From: an uncultured delta proteobacterium
Lineage (GTDB): Bacteria; Desulfobacterota; Desulfomonilia; Desulfomonilales; Desulfomonilaceae
Direction of reading: 5' to 3'
NCBI GenBank assembly: GCA_963789265.1
Contig: CAWBKB010000003.1
Coordinates: 288,001-352,000, forward strand
DNA length: 64,000 nucleotides
Shown piece after piece: positions 41,739 to 52,267 of the stretch (within the stretch, counting starts at the first letter, position 1; every line of letters starts with the position of its first letter). The translations under genes were made by a program, and so were the position numbers. The notes beneath the pieces were generated by a model. The model was not told where the DNA came from and made no database searches. It saw nothing but the letters and a program-made list of their open reading frames with translations.

Positions 41739-43610
41739 ATGATACAGCTTTCACCAGAGGAGTTTCTAGAAAGTTTCCCTGATGACGCGTGTCTGATCGG
41801 TAGTAATTCCAAAATACTCCACGCCAATTCACACCTGACAAAGATTGCGGGCCCCGTGGCGGGACGCTTATGCTATGAAGCTCTTGCGGGACTCGCCGAC
41901 GTGTGCCCATTTTGCCCCTTTGATGATCTAGTGAGAGGAAAGGCCGGCCCGGTTGTCGATGCTTTTCAGTCCAGACAAGAGAGACCATGCTCGATCAATG
42001 TTCGTCTGCTCCCAGACCTAGGGGAAAGTGGGATAGTCCTGGAGACCATCCGGCGCATGAAGCAACATGAGCAGTTGAGCAATGCCGGCGGGCGTCGTCG
42101 TGATCCGGACCCGGATCTCTCGAAGAAACTCACCGGATTATTAGAAATCACTCGGGACTTCATGGGGAGTGCTCCCCTGCAGGAGAAGATGGACAGGGCC
42201 CTGAGTCGAGTGGCTGCATGCCTGGATGAGCCTGCCGGCGCCGTGGTCTGGCTGGACTTGGATGACCGGAACTATGGCACATTGCCGAAAGAGGGGACAA
42301 AAACAGAGTATATACAGCAGATAGTGGTGGAATCAAAAGTTCGAGGATTTCTCCACGCTAACTGTGCGAAATGTCCGAATCTCAGCCCGGAAGAGGAGTA
42401 TTTTCTGGAGGAAGTGGCCGATATCATAGGGCGTCAATTGGAAATAGGCGATCTGTGGACTAGGCTCCGACAGTCGGAAGAACGTCACAAGAAGTTGGCC
42501 GGCAACCTCGCAAAGGAGATGTGGAGCCGAACCGAGGCGCTGGCCAAGGAGTCCGGCTATCTCGAGGGGATTCTCAGGTGCTCTGACGACATGATTATCA
42601 CGACTGATCTAGAAGGTCGCATCGTAGAGTTTAACCCGGGAGCGGAAAAGATCCTCGGTTACACGGCAGAAGAGATGCAGGGGCGCCGGATTTCAGGTCT
42701 ATGGTTTGACGCGGCCGAGCGCGAAAGCCTCATGCAAGAGGTAAACCTCACCGGTGGAATTCGGAATCATCAAACACGTTTGAAAACGAAATCGGGAGAA
42801 TTTCGTGAGATTTCCTTGACCCTGTCCCTATTAAAGGACGAGCAGGGCCGAATTCTCGGCACCGTAGGAGTCAGCAAAGACATCGGCCAAGAGAATGCAG
42901 TCAAGCGTGAACTTGAACTACTTAATCACAACTACCGTGAGACGATCCATTTCATCAATCATGAGAACAAGAACTCTCTTGTAGTCATAGCAGGCTTCGT
43001 CCGACGTCTTTTGGAAACCGAAGCAGACCCCTCCAGACGGGATCAGTTGGCCGTGGTTTACCATCATTCGCAGTTTCTGGAGGCAATGAGTCGTGATTTT
43101 CTCGTGATGGCCGATCTGGAACATGGGGAATTTCAAGTCAAGAAGACGCTGATCAGGAACTTCTACGAGGAAGTAGTTCTTCCCGCGATGATCGGTCTAA
43201 AGGAGCGCTATCCAGACTCATTTCAGAGTTACGATGAGAGCATGGGAGGCGTGGGAGCGATCCAGCTTATGGGAGATCCCGGGCTTCTGGAAGTTGTTTA
43301 CCGCAACCTTTTTGGTAACGCCTTAAAATACCGACATCCTAACGGCAACATAGCATACGGTGTGGTCGATCGTGGCGACAGCTATCTCTTCAATGTTTGG
43401 AATGAGGGGCCGGGAGTGCCTCCTGATCAGGCTGAATCCATCTTTGAAAAATTTTACCGAGTCGAGAACAATAACACCCTGGAAAAACCCGGGACCGGCC
43501 TGGGACTTTACAACATAAGAAGAATAATTGAAGCCCATAGGGGCCGTATCTGGTGTGAGACAAAACCGGGTGAGTGGATAAACTTCCTTTTCGTCATACC
43601 AAAAGAATAA
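41739..43610 (+). CDS. PAS-domain sensor histidine kinase
   Basis: PAS ('IITTDLEGRIVEFNPGAEKILGY'), H-box 'INHENKNSL', 'NLFGNALKY', 'IFEKFYR', 'GTGLGL'. Confidence 0.92.
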   Translation: MIQLSPEEFLESFPDDACLIGSNSKILHANSHLTKIAGPVAGRLCYEALAGLADVCPFCPFDDLVRGKAGPVVDAFQSRQERPCSINVRLLPDLGESGIVLETIRRMKQHEQLSNAGGRRRDPDPDLSKKLTGLLEITRDFMGSAPLQEKMDRALSRVAACLDEPAGAVVWLDLDDRNYGTLPKEGTKTEYIQQIVVESKVRGFLHANCAKCPNLSPEEEYFLEEVADIIGRQLEIGDLWTRLRQSEERHKKLAGNLAKEMWSRTEALAKESGYLEGILRCSDDMIITTDLEGRIVEFNPGAEKILGYTAEEMQGRRISGLWFDAAERESLMQEVNLTGGIRNHQTRLKTKSGEFREISLTLSLLKDEQGRILGTVGVSKDIGQENAVKRELELLNHNYRETIHFINHENKNSLVVIAGFVRRLLETEADPSRRDQLAVVYHHSQFLEAMSRDFLVMADLEHGEFQVKKTLIRNFYEEVVLPAMIGLKERYPDSFQSYDESMGGVGAIQLMGDPGLLEVVYRNLFGNALKYRHPNGNIAYGVVDRGDSYLFNVWNEGPGVPPDQAESIFEKFYRVENNNTLEKPGTGLGLYNIRRIIEAHRGRIWCETKPGEWINFLFVIPKE

Positions 43611-43737
43611 TAGCTCTCTGAACGAAATGCGGCTCCGCATTTATCGAAAATAGTGACGGATTTATTTGTGGGTGTCCCGCCAACGCGAGATTGGATTGCC
43701 CGGTGCGACCTCATTCCAAGAAGCTTCCAGGAATGCA

Positions 43738-45022
43738 CTATAGCCTGTGGGGAAATTTGTCCCAGGCCGCAAGTCGCGGGTTGGCCGCCGCAGGGACAAT
43801 CTTCATTCGGCTGGTCTCTTTGAGGGCTTTGTGATACACGAGTCGAGTGTCCCGGAAGTGGTTAGGGCTGCCCAGCACCACAATCAGAAGGATATTTCGT
43901 CCCGGGGTGAATTCAGTGGCCAGGCAATGACCCGCGCGCGACGTGTATCCGGTCTTGCCGCCAATGAGGGGAAGATGGTCGCGCAGCAGCTTGTTTTGTA
44001 CTTCTGACAAGATAACCCCTTGGTTTTAACGCGCTCGCCATTAGATGACGCTTCTTTTGACATATTGACCGGATGACGGGATTTGAGAAAGCCGTGCCGG
44101 CTATCGTAGCTATCTCACGCGCGGTAGAAACATTGCTGTCAACATCAGTCGTTTTTATGCCTTCTTTGGTACTGGAAACCTTTTGATCCAACCCGCTTGG
44201 AGTATAGAAAAAGGTATGCTCGGCGCCCATGGACCTGACTTTTTTGTTCATGGCGGCGAGAAAACTCTTCCTTCCCCCGGGAATAGCGCAAGCCAGAGTT
44301 TCCGCACAGTCGTTGCCGGAGCCGATCAACAATCCGTGGAGAAGATCCAAAACCGAGACCGAGTCCCCAGCTTTCAATCCCACTACCGACTTTGGGACGG
44401 TTTTGATATTGTCGGGTACAGTTACTTTTCGGTCGAGCGGCAATTGGTCCAGGGCAACGAGTGCTGTAACCAATTTCGTGAGACTTGCTATTGGGAGCTG
44501 CATATCCGCATTCCTGGTCAATAGGGTCTGATTGCTTCGCAAATTGACGCAATAGACAGCTTTTGCCTGGACACCCGGTGCAGCCGGCTTGGCCTTTTTA
44601 TTCTTGGTCAGCCAATGCTTCTTAACCACCTTGTTGTTGGCAGCCTTGATCTTGGCAGCTTTAGCCTTGGCAGCCATAGCCTTGGTAGCCTTGATTTTGG
44701 TAGCTTTAGCCCTGGTAGCCTTGATTTTGGTAGCTTTAGCCCTGGTAGCCTTGATTTTGGTAGCTTTAGCCTTGGCAGCCTTGATCTTGGTAGCTTTAGC
44801 CTTGGTAGCCTTGATTTTGGCAGCTTTAGCCTTGGTAGCCTTGATTTTGGCAGCTTTAGCCTTGGTAGCCTTGATTTTGGCAGCCTTCTTATGCGTTACG
44901 GATGAATTGATTGCTCGGGCTTCGACGAGGCCGGGCGCGGCAGCCCAGACGAACAAAAGCAGAGTCAGGGCGGCAAAAAAGAGGACGCGGTTGGACGGTG
45001 TGATGCGAGCGGGTACGGACAT
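43738..45022 (-). CDS. D-alanyl-D-alanine carboxypeptidase (peptidase S11) with a Lys/Ala repeat; frameshift near 44000
   Basis: SxxK 'ASLTK', SxN 'SGND'; KTG 'GKTGYT' lies in the shifted ORF 43738-44010. Confidence 0.88.
44640..44887. repeat. In-frame 30-bp (2x15-bp) tandem repeat encoding KIKATKAKAA
   Basis: About 8 units of tagctttagccttggtagccttgattttgg. Confidence 0.92.
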
Positions 45023-45217
45023 GCTCCTTTTATCTCCTGTTTATGGCAGCATATTTTTTTCTTTTGTCTTATTCATCATTTAATATGCTACTCTATAGCA
45101 TACTTAGATCAGCTTGGAAAGTTATTTCTGTTATGCGTTGATAACTCAAAAGAAAGGCGCGGAGTCGACTAAATCAGCGTAGTCGTAAACAAACCTGAAA
45201 CGAGGAGAGAAGCAACC

Positions 45218-45701
<484 letters not shown>

Positions 45702-45814
45702 TTAAGCTTCAATCTTCGGGCCGGCTTTACATCCGGAGAAATGGGTTGACTTTCCACGCGCGGGTAACCTAAACTTTTTCTCCACAACATAATGTGACAG
45801 CCGCAATGGCCCGT

Positions 45815-45890
45815 GCCCCCGTAGCTCAGTGGATAGAGCGACGGATTCCTAATCCGCAGGTCGCAAGTTCGATCCTTGCCGGGGGTACCA
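45815..45890 (+). tRNA. tRNA-Arg(CCT)
   Basis: 76 nt: GCCCCCG/CGGGGGT acceptor stem, D-arm TAGCTCAGTGGATAGAGC, anticodon loop TT-CCT-AA, GTTCGAT T-loop, encoded CCA. Confidence 0.95.
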
Positions 45891-45895
45891 GAAAA
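45841..45895 (+). repeat. attL (55-bp direct repeat)
   Basis: Identical to 59577-59631. Confidence 0.93.
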
Positions 45896-45998
45896 ATCAA
45901 GTGGTTGACCTGACACAGGTTGACTTCTTTTTTTGAGGGATAACTCAGGGATAACCTGAGTGCGAAAAGAGGTCTTTTTCGAGTACATCGGTGAGCGG

Positions 45999-46653
45999 TC
46001 ACTCATCATAGGCGCATTCCGGGGTCGAGTGCAGGACTGACCAGGCATCAGATTCTTTATCAGACTCTTTTGGTGTCTCAAAACTTAGTGAGGGCTTGCC
46101 ATAGAAATTCCAGAGAATAGCATCCATAGCGCGACTGGCGTTTCCCCCGAAGCGCTGGTTAACGTCTGTCTCAAAAAGCTTCCCAAGGTTTTCATCTACT
46201 CGCACGCGGAGATCTGCCTTGGTCCCCGCGTACTTCTTTCCCGTCTTCGGGGGCAAAGGGGGCTCTTCCACCTTGGGAAAGGCCGCAGAGATGCCATGTT
46301 CTAGTCTAGCAGCCCCCAGCTTAGTTTCAATCAATTCTCTTAACCGCGCCTCCATAGCCTCCAACATGGCAGTCACTTCTTCCCGGGTTAGGGTGTCCGG
46401 TCTTCCTCTCTGGGGTTTCTGCGTCAACCTTGTCAACTGTGTCAATAAACGCCGGCATAGGTGGCACTTCTGTACCGGGGGCCTTGCCTTTTAGCTTGGA
46501 ATACCGAGCCCTAAGATTTCCGTCGGTATATGGCTTGCCTGTACTGTCCTTGAATCCTTCACGTTCCAGGGCTTCCTTAACTTCTGCCCATGTATTGCCT
46601 TCTGTCTTGAGTTCAAAGGCGCGGGCAAGTGCTCTCTGTTGGGCTTCACTCAT
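45999..46653 (-). CDS. Putative DNA-binding protein(s): overlapping ORFs 46327-46653 and 45999-46445, possibly one frameshifted gene
   Basis: N-part is HTH-like ('TWAEVKEALEREGF..STGKPYT'). C-part 'LRVRVDENL...NASRAMDAILWNF' is RHH-like. Confidence 0.5.
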
Positions 46654-46796
46654 CGGCTTCCTCTTCGTCTACCAAGGTTGACAACTCTGACATTAATTGA
46701 TCGGTTCTTTCGGGGGACTGGTTTTTGAGCAACTCCAAAAGCTCTTTAGCCGTGGGGTCATGCTCTAAGAATTCGCGCTCTTCCGCTGGGGTCATC
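46646..46796 (-). CDS. Small hypothetical protein
   Basis: MTPAEEREFLEHDPTAKELLELLKNQ...; tightly coupled to the resolvase and the next gene. Confidence 0.45.
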
Positions 46797-46800
46797 TTTT

Positions 46801-47484
46801 TCACGCGGCCTTTTTCAGGATGTTCCATACCTCATTCCTCCCGAAAGGTTTGTTCTTCCGATTTCTGTATCCATGACCTTTGAGAAATTCAACTATCCCT
46901 CTGATTGACAGCCCCCTGGAGTGCAGTTCCAAAACTTTGCGGATTATCTCTTGTTCATTGTCATCTATGACAAGTTTGCCGTCCACGAAGGAAAAGCCGA
47001 AGGGAGCATGGCCGGATATCCTCTGACCGTTTTCTCGTTTCACGGCGAGCGCGGTCTTGGTACGCTCCGAAATTATCTCCCTTTCCCAGGCGGCCATAGC
47101 ACTCAGGATGTTATAGAAGAGGCGACCTGTGGCGCTCCCTGTGTCGATCTTTTCACTGATCGAATGAAGATGACAGCGTTTCTTTTCCAGGAGTTCCGCC
47201 ATTTCGCAGGCTTCTTTCAGGTTCCTTGCCATACGATCTAGCTTAAAGATGACAAGGTTGTCAAGTTTACTAGTACGCACAAGCTCAAGAGCGCGCTGAA
47301 TACCGGGGCGGCCTGCTACCGACTTTGCAGACAGGCCGCGATCTTCGATTATTTCCATAAGCTCCAGGTCATGGAGTTCACAATAAGCCACTATCTTGCG
47401 CCTCTGTGCTTCCAGGGAATACCCCTCTTCTGCCTGCCCCGTGGTGCTCACTCTGACGTATCCGATTGTTCTTTCCATGACCAT
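46801..47484 (-). CDS. Serine recombinase (resolvase/invertase family)
   Basis: 'GYVRVST..Q', 'RPG', 'KLDRMAR', 'ERE.ISERT', short C-terminal HTH; RBS ggagg. Confidence 0.92.
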   Translation of the reverse strand: MVMERTIGYVRVSTTGQAEEGYSLEAQRRKIVAYCELHDLELMEIIEDRGLSAKSVAGRPGIQRALELVRTSKLDNLVIFKLDRMARNLKEACEMAELLEKKRCHLHSISEKIDTGSATGRLFYNILSAMAAWEREIISERTKTALAVKRENGQRISGHAPFGFSFVDGKLVIDDNEQEIIRKVLELHSRGLSIRGIVEFLKGHGYRNRKNKPFGRNEVWNILKKAA

Positions 47485-47755
47485 ACCTCCCGTTATTTGT
47501 CATATATGACAACTATGACACGCATAGGTTCCCGATGTCAAGGAAAACGATGTCAACTTTGTCAATTGTCCTTCAACCGAACGGTCAACGGACAAAATTG
47601 GTAAGTAAATCGTGCTATCGGCTTAGGAGCGGGCTTTCAGAAATTCCACTTTAACGCTTGAACTGACTCGTCGTCTTAAATGTCTAACTCATTGATGAAT
47701 GTGTTCACGGGGCAACCGGCCTGCAATTGTTACAGTGTGAAAGGAGTCCGGAATT

Positions 47756-48010
47756 ATGCCAAAAACTCTCCCAAATGCGCGAACCATCAAGGGCAAGGAA
47801 TTCGTCAAAGACATTCGCTCTGGGATGACCGATTTCGAGTTGAGCGACAAGTACTGCCTCACAGTCCCGGACTTTGATCGAGTCTTAGGTTACCTGGTAG
47901 ACGCAGGGCTGATTAGCAAGATAGAGCTTCAAGATCGTCAACAGTTATCAGATAGTCAGATCCTTAGAGCGTTTGTCGAATCCTGTGAAGACATCAAGAT
48001 TGTGAATTGA
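47756..48010 (+). CDS. Small helical protein of the 'DIRSGM.D..L..KY.L' family
   Basis: RBS aaggag. The motif resembles a family I recall as expanded in Desulfomonile (not verified). Confidence 0.7.
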   Translation: MPKTLPNARTIKGKEFVKDIRSGMTDFELSDKYCLTVPDFDRVLGYLVDAGLISKIELQDRQQLSDSQILRAFVESCEDIKIVN

Positions 48011-48725
48011 GACGTGCCCAGGTTCCATGAGAGACGCGTGATTGCCCTTTCCGGGAAGGGACAAGAGGTCGGTAGCCTGCGAGTCTGAAACGCGCGGAGA
48101 ATTGATTGTGCTCATTTTGGAGAAGGGGAAATAATCTCACCCCAAGGGGTAGGGTCCACCGCTGTCGAACACTCCTGATATGTGTATCCGTCAGACCCGT
48201 TTTCACATCGCCGGAGATTTTCTCAAGACCTCGGTCCTGGTCTCTCGCCGGACATGGTGCAAACACCCCGCTCCCTTTGGCACTCTCTGTCAAATTCGCG
48301 CGCTTTGGCCGGACCCTTACCTCACCTCTGTCTCGCCAGGAAAATCGAAATTTGAGAGGATTGTATTGTGACAGCATAGGGTTTTTCGACAAGTCCCGTG
48401 ACTGATGCCAGGGACACCGGGGGGGGGGCCACGGGGAGCCGATTATATAACTATGTGAAGGGGACCCTAAAGCCGTTTTCACATGGTCCCCAAATTTTTC
48501 AGAACTTCTCCCTGATCTTTCTTCTATGAACTGCTGGGTAACGCTGTGAGTCAACCTGAGCATTCTCAATGACCGACACAAAGACATGATTCCTTGACGT
48601 GAATCGCCTGTTGATATAAACGGGTTCCCTGCAAGGCCGACCATACGTGGCAGTCAGCCACGGGTTCAAGCCTATTCATTCTCCCGGCCAAAAAAAATTA
48701 GGCGCGGTGATTACGGGGGCCAGAT

Positions 48726-49082
48726 ATGACAACATTCGGAAGCGGGTTACGGACATTAAGGGAGAAGTCCGGAATATCTCTTACTCAAATGGCAAAGAAA
48801 ATGGGATGGTCTGCCGTCTATCAAAGGGACGTAGAGCTGGGCCGCAGACACCCCCCCAACATGACTAGGCTCAAAGACTATGCTCGGCATTTAGGAGTAG
48901 ACCCTTCCGAACTAATTAGGTTAAAGACTATAGAAAAAAAATTTATCAAGCTCGAAATTGATCCTGAAAGCAAAGTCCAACTTCACACCGCGACGGCGAT
49001 TGTAAGCCGGTGGGACATTTTGACTGATGAACAGTTGAAAGAGATTGAAAGAATTGTCACTGGAAGTTCGCCTTTTCGGTGA
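48726..49082 (+). CDS. XRE-family HTH regulator (paralog 1)
   Basis: 'FGSGLRTLREKSGISLTQMAKKMGWSAVYQRDVELGRRHPP'. Confidence 0.85.
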   Translation: MTTFGSGLRTLREKSGISLTQMAKKMGWSAVYQRDVELGRRHPPNMTRLKDYARHLGVDPSELIRLKTIEKKFIKLEIDPESKVQLHTATAIVSRWDILTDEQLKEIERIVTGSSPFR

Positions 49083-49114
49083 ATACATGAAGGGATGGCT
49101 ATCAGAGGGCTGAT

Positions 49115-49489
49115 ATGGCTAAGTTCGGAGAGGCATTACGAGCAATAAGGCAGAAGGTTCCCATGTCTTGTAGCCAATTGGCAAGAAAAATGGGATGGTC
49201 TGACGTCTACCAAAGGGATGTGGAGCTGGGCCGCGTCTATCCTCCCAACATCAGTAGGATCAAAGACTATGCTCGTCATTTAGGAGTAGACCCTCTGGAA
49301 TTGATTAAGCTTGTGATTATAGACAATAAATTCATCAGACTTCAAATTAATTCTGACATAAAAATCCAATTTCACACTGCAACGGCTCTTCTGACGCGAT
49401 GGGACACTTTGACTAATGAGCAGTTGCTTCAGATTGAAGGAATTGTCACTGGAAGGGCCGTTACCTTCGAGGAGAGGCACGTGGAATGA
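49115..49489 (+). CDS. XRE-family HTH regulator (paralog 2)
   Basis: 'FGEALRAIRQK..MS..QLARKMGWSDVYQRDVELGR..PP'; collinear with paralog 1. Confidence 0.85.
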   Translation: MAKFGEALRAIRQKVPMSCSQLARKMGWSDVYQRDVELGRVYPPNISRIKDYARHLGVDPLELIKLVIIDNKFIRLQINSDIKIQFHTATALLTRWDTLTNEQLLQIEGIVTGRAVTFEERHVE

Positions 49490-49852
49490 TCCCCTAACCC
49501 TCACCTCCGGCCAAGAGTTGGCACGGAATCCGTGTGACCTTGATATGGGATCATCTTTGCACCGTCCCCAACTCTTCCAAAACTCCCCTCGATCTGCCTT
49601 GGACATCTGAAAACAATCTGCTCTCTTTCAGCTCTAGGGTTACCCCTTCATTGTACCTTTAGCACACCGCACCCAGAATAACTGCTCCGTAAGCCATAAT
49701 CTAATCCAATACATTAAGAAATATGAACAACCCCTTAACATAAAGGAATATTCTTGTTGACTTAAGGTCCCGTGCTATGGTATAAGCGTACCAGGTTAGT
49801 GGCCACTGTAAGACCTGATTCCATGCAGTTCTCGTCGCAAGCGGCCCGATAA

Positions 49853-51379
49853 ATGTACGAGGGATCATACATGAAATTCTCCCACCATATACACCTTGTC
49901 GTCTTACTTGGGATAGTTGTCACTTTGCTGTTCACCGGCAGTTATTCCCTCGCCCAGGAGCTTCAACCCCCGTTCATGGCGCCCACACAGCCATCTCTGT
50001 GCTACGGCAGGTTCTATCTCCAGGCCGGCGCCAAGTATCGCAACGTTGATGCCGTCAGGTTTGACGTCCAAGCTGGACCGAACTCAATCACCGTGGACCC
50101 AGGCACCGTCCCTTTCGGGCCGACGACAGCCGGCAATTTTGGGGTAGGGACAGGAGTACCAGGCTTTACGGGCTTTACGGGCGTGGTGGGCGCTCCTGCA
50201 AACACTTTTACCTACGACAACGGCCAAATAAGCGGAGATGTGATACCACCTAACCCTCCGAACGACAGCATACCGCCAGCAATTGCCGTCACATGTACCA
50301 CAGCCCCCACGCCCCCCTCGGGCTATTGCAACAGAGATTTTTCCTGGACCGACTTTCCTGTGCAAACGTTTCCTAACACCGGTCTCGGTACTGGGCCGGT
50401 TATGGGGCGATTCATAATAGTTGTATCCGGAACAGGAACGTGCTGCGACGGACAAAACGTTCCAGAGTCCGAAGGCAGCTTTATCATAGATGATCCTACG
50501 ACTCAGGTGAACAATCTTAGCAATATGTCCTTGACGACTCAGGTGACTTTCTCGAAGGCCATTGACAGCTTGGTCTTTACGCTGGGTTCCAACCCTGACA
50601 TTAATCGGGTGTTTGAGTCACCAGTTTGGGGACCGAGCATAGAGGCCGGATACCAGTGGTCAAACTATTTTGATCTCTTCTTCGGTTTCTTCTGGTTCAG
50701 GACAACCAATTCAATAACACTGTCCGATACTATTCAAAGCCAGCCGGGGAAAGTGGTGATCCATGATACCTACCCCTTTGTCTCGGATGATACTGCCGCA
50801 TGGCCAGTGTCGTTGGGCGCTTTTCAATCGTCGGATTCGATCAACTTGAAGTCATCTGCCACCCAAAATTATCACATCGCTACCAATAGACCTCTTGTCG
50901 GCATATTCCCCAATCGTCAATTCACTACTCAATCGAACGCAGGGGGCGCTCCTGAAAACATTCAGGAAAACATCACCAATTCGGCTGAAATAAGCGTTAT
51001 TGAAAACAGATACGGCGGCAGAAGCTGGTTCCCGCTATATGGGATGGGCCGAATAGGCGTTACAATGGGGGCTGCTGTTATCCCTGTCCATTACAATATT
51101 TCCGCCTCCAGGACCTACGTTGCCGCCGAAACTTCGGACGTACTTGGGGTGACTGCAGGACAGGTTCTTTTCGCCGAAACTGCCACTTACGATGACTGGC
51201 TTCCTCATTACGGGTTGTTTGTGGGTGGAGACCTGTCAATCGGCGGAACCGGGTATTACCTGAATGGTTCTGTAGACTACACGTGGGCCAATGCGCAGAG
51301 CTACGAACTTATTGGGATAAGGACGTCATTCAATCCGGGAGGTTTTACGACGGGCATAGCCGGCGGTATCTTATTCTAG
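49853..51379 (+). CDS. Exported / outer-membrane protein, Pro/Gly/Thr-rich
   Basis: Signal peptide, alternating beta-strand segments, C-terminal 'GIAGGILF'; upstream TTGACT..TATAAG promoter-like site. Confidence 0.7.
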   Translation: MYEGSYMKFSHHIHLVVLLGIVVTLLFTGSYSLAQELQPPFMAPTQPSLCYGRFYLQAGAKYRNVDAVRFDVQAGPNSITVDPGTVPFGPTTAGNFGVGTGVPGFTGFTGVVGAPANTFTYDNGQISGDVIPPNPPNDSIPPAIAVTCTTAPTPPSGYCNRDFSWTDFPVQTFPNTGLGTGPVMGRFIIVVSGTGTCCDGQNVPESEGSFIIDDPTTQVNNLSNMSLTTQVTFSKAIDSLVFTLGSNPDINRVFESPVWGPSIEAGYQWSNYFDLFFGFFWFRTTNSITLSDTIQSQPGKVVIHDTYPFVSDDTAAWPVSLGAFQSSDSINLKSSATQNYHIATNRPLVGIFPNRQFTTQSNAGGAPENIQENITNSAEISVIENRYGGRSWFPLYGMGRIGVTMGAAVIPVHYNISASRTYVAAETSDVLGVTAGQVLFAETATYDDWLPHYGLFVGGDLSIGGTGYYLNGSVDYTWANAQSYELIGIRTSFNPGGFTTGIAGGILF

Positions 51380-51398
51380 TAATTGAGAAATAGGCTTG

Positions 51399-51428
51399 GA
51401 AAGGGGCGACTCAGGGGTCGCCCCTTTC
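51399..51428. terminator. Bidirectional intrinsic terminator
   Basis: 12-bp perfect stem gaaaggggcgac / gtcgcccctttc between convergent genes. Confidence 0.8.
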
Positions 51429-51545
51429 ATTTTGAAGGACAGATTTAGAGTACTGCCAAGCTAATAGATTCTAAGTTCAAGATGATGATCGGGTTTAATT
51501 TCAGCCGACCTCTAATTCCGAGGCTCAAGCACTTCTGAATGCTGC

Positions 51546-51842
51546 TTATGAGCGTTCCAATTGTCCGGTCTCTAGAAGATGCTTGTTGTAGTCAGACTCG
51601 CTCATCGGGCATTCCAAGAGATCCTTTGTCTCTTTGAGCGACTGAAGCTTGAGCTGTCTTGTCATGCTTTTCAAGTTATCGGGGCCGATGTCTTTGTATT
51701 TGGCGCTATGAGACACAAACGTCTTGATCCCTGATTCTTGTCCCTTATATTCATGGTAGAAGTATATGTGATCCTTGGATTTATCACGCCTAAAGCCCTT
51801 AGCAGAAAGACTCACCTCAGCGGCCTTGCGATCAACTTTCAC
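51546..51842 (-). CDS. HicA-like toxin
   Basis: 98 aa, basic; 'L..KGF.....DH.YF', 'T.VSH', 'M.RQL.L', 'LLECPMS...Y'. Confidence 0.65.
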   Translation of the reverse strand: MKVDRKAAEVSLSAKGFRRDKSKDHIYFYHEYKGQESGIKTFVSHSAKYKDIGPDNLKSMTRQLKLQSLKETKDLLECPMSESDYNKHLLETGQLERS

Positions 51843-51844
51843 TG

Positions 51845-52267
51845 CTAGACCTCGACAAATCTTTGCACGAAGAGTTGTTTCAGTTCCTTAGCTCGCTTCA
51901 AAGCCCGAGTCGTGTCTAACGATTTGTAATGGTTGTAAAAGCGCACTAGGAGCAATTTGAATTCCTGTATGGCCGCTTCCTTACTTTCGCCGATCGCGTA
52001 AATGTCCAAACGATCATTTTCAGCAAACCAGAGTTCTTCGCCTCGGCTCATCCTTATGGCGACGGGCCTCACTGCTCGCAGTCTAATTCCTTCGCCAACA
52101 AAGTCTGATTGAGGCACGTTGAATTCCTTGTCGAGCCTACTTTGAAGTTCTTCCCGCGATGGGCTCCAGGAGGACGATGACTCGGGTGCAGAGCGGTACC
52201 CAAGTTTCCGCACCTCTTCGTTCATGTCCTCATCATACGGACTTATTCCAAGCGCAGGACTAGCCAT
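51845..52267 (-). CDS. HicB-like antitoxin with an N-terminal low-complexity extension
   Basis: C-terminal 'WFAENDRLDIYAIGESKEAAIQEF' matches the HicB partial RNase-H pattern. Confidence 0.55.
   Translation of the reverse strand: MASPALGISPYDEDMNEEVRKLGYRSAPESSSSWSPSREELQSRLDKEFNVPQSDFVGEGIRLRAVRPVAIRMSRGEELWFAENDRLDIYAIGESKEAAIQEFKLLLVRFYNHYKSLDTTRALKRAKELKQLFVQRFVEV

Noticed and set aside
44640..44887. Possible CRISPR array
   Set aside because: Repeats are contiguous with no unique spacers, lie in frame within a CDS, and no cas genes are present.
44589..45083. Very hydrophobic 'LILVALALVA' ORF, and the 'LDFGSFS' ORF at 44615-44905
   Set aside because: Antisense readings of the 30-bp tandem repeat in the carboxypeptidase gene.
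47994..48644. 216-aa minus-strand ORF in the island
   Set aside because: Atypical composition, no motif or clear RBS, and it spans a G-homopolymer; treated as non-coding or unknown.
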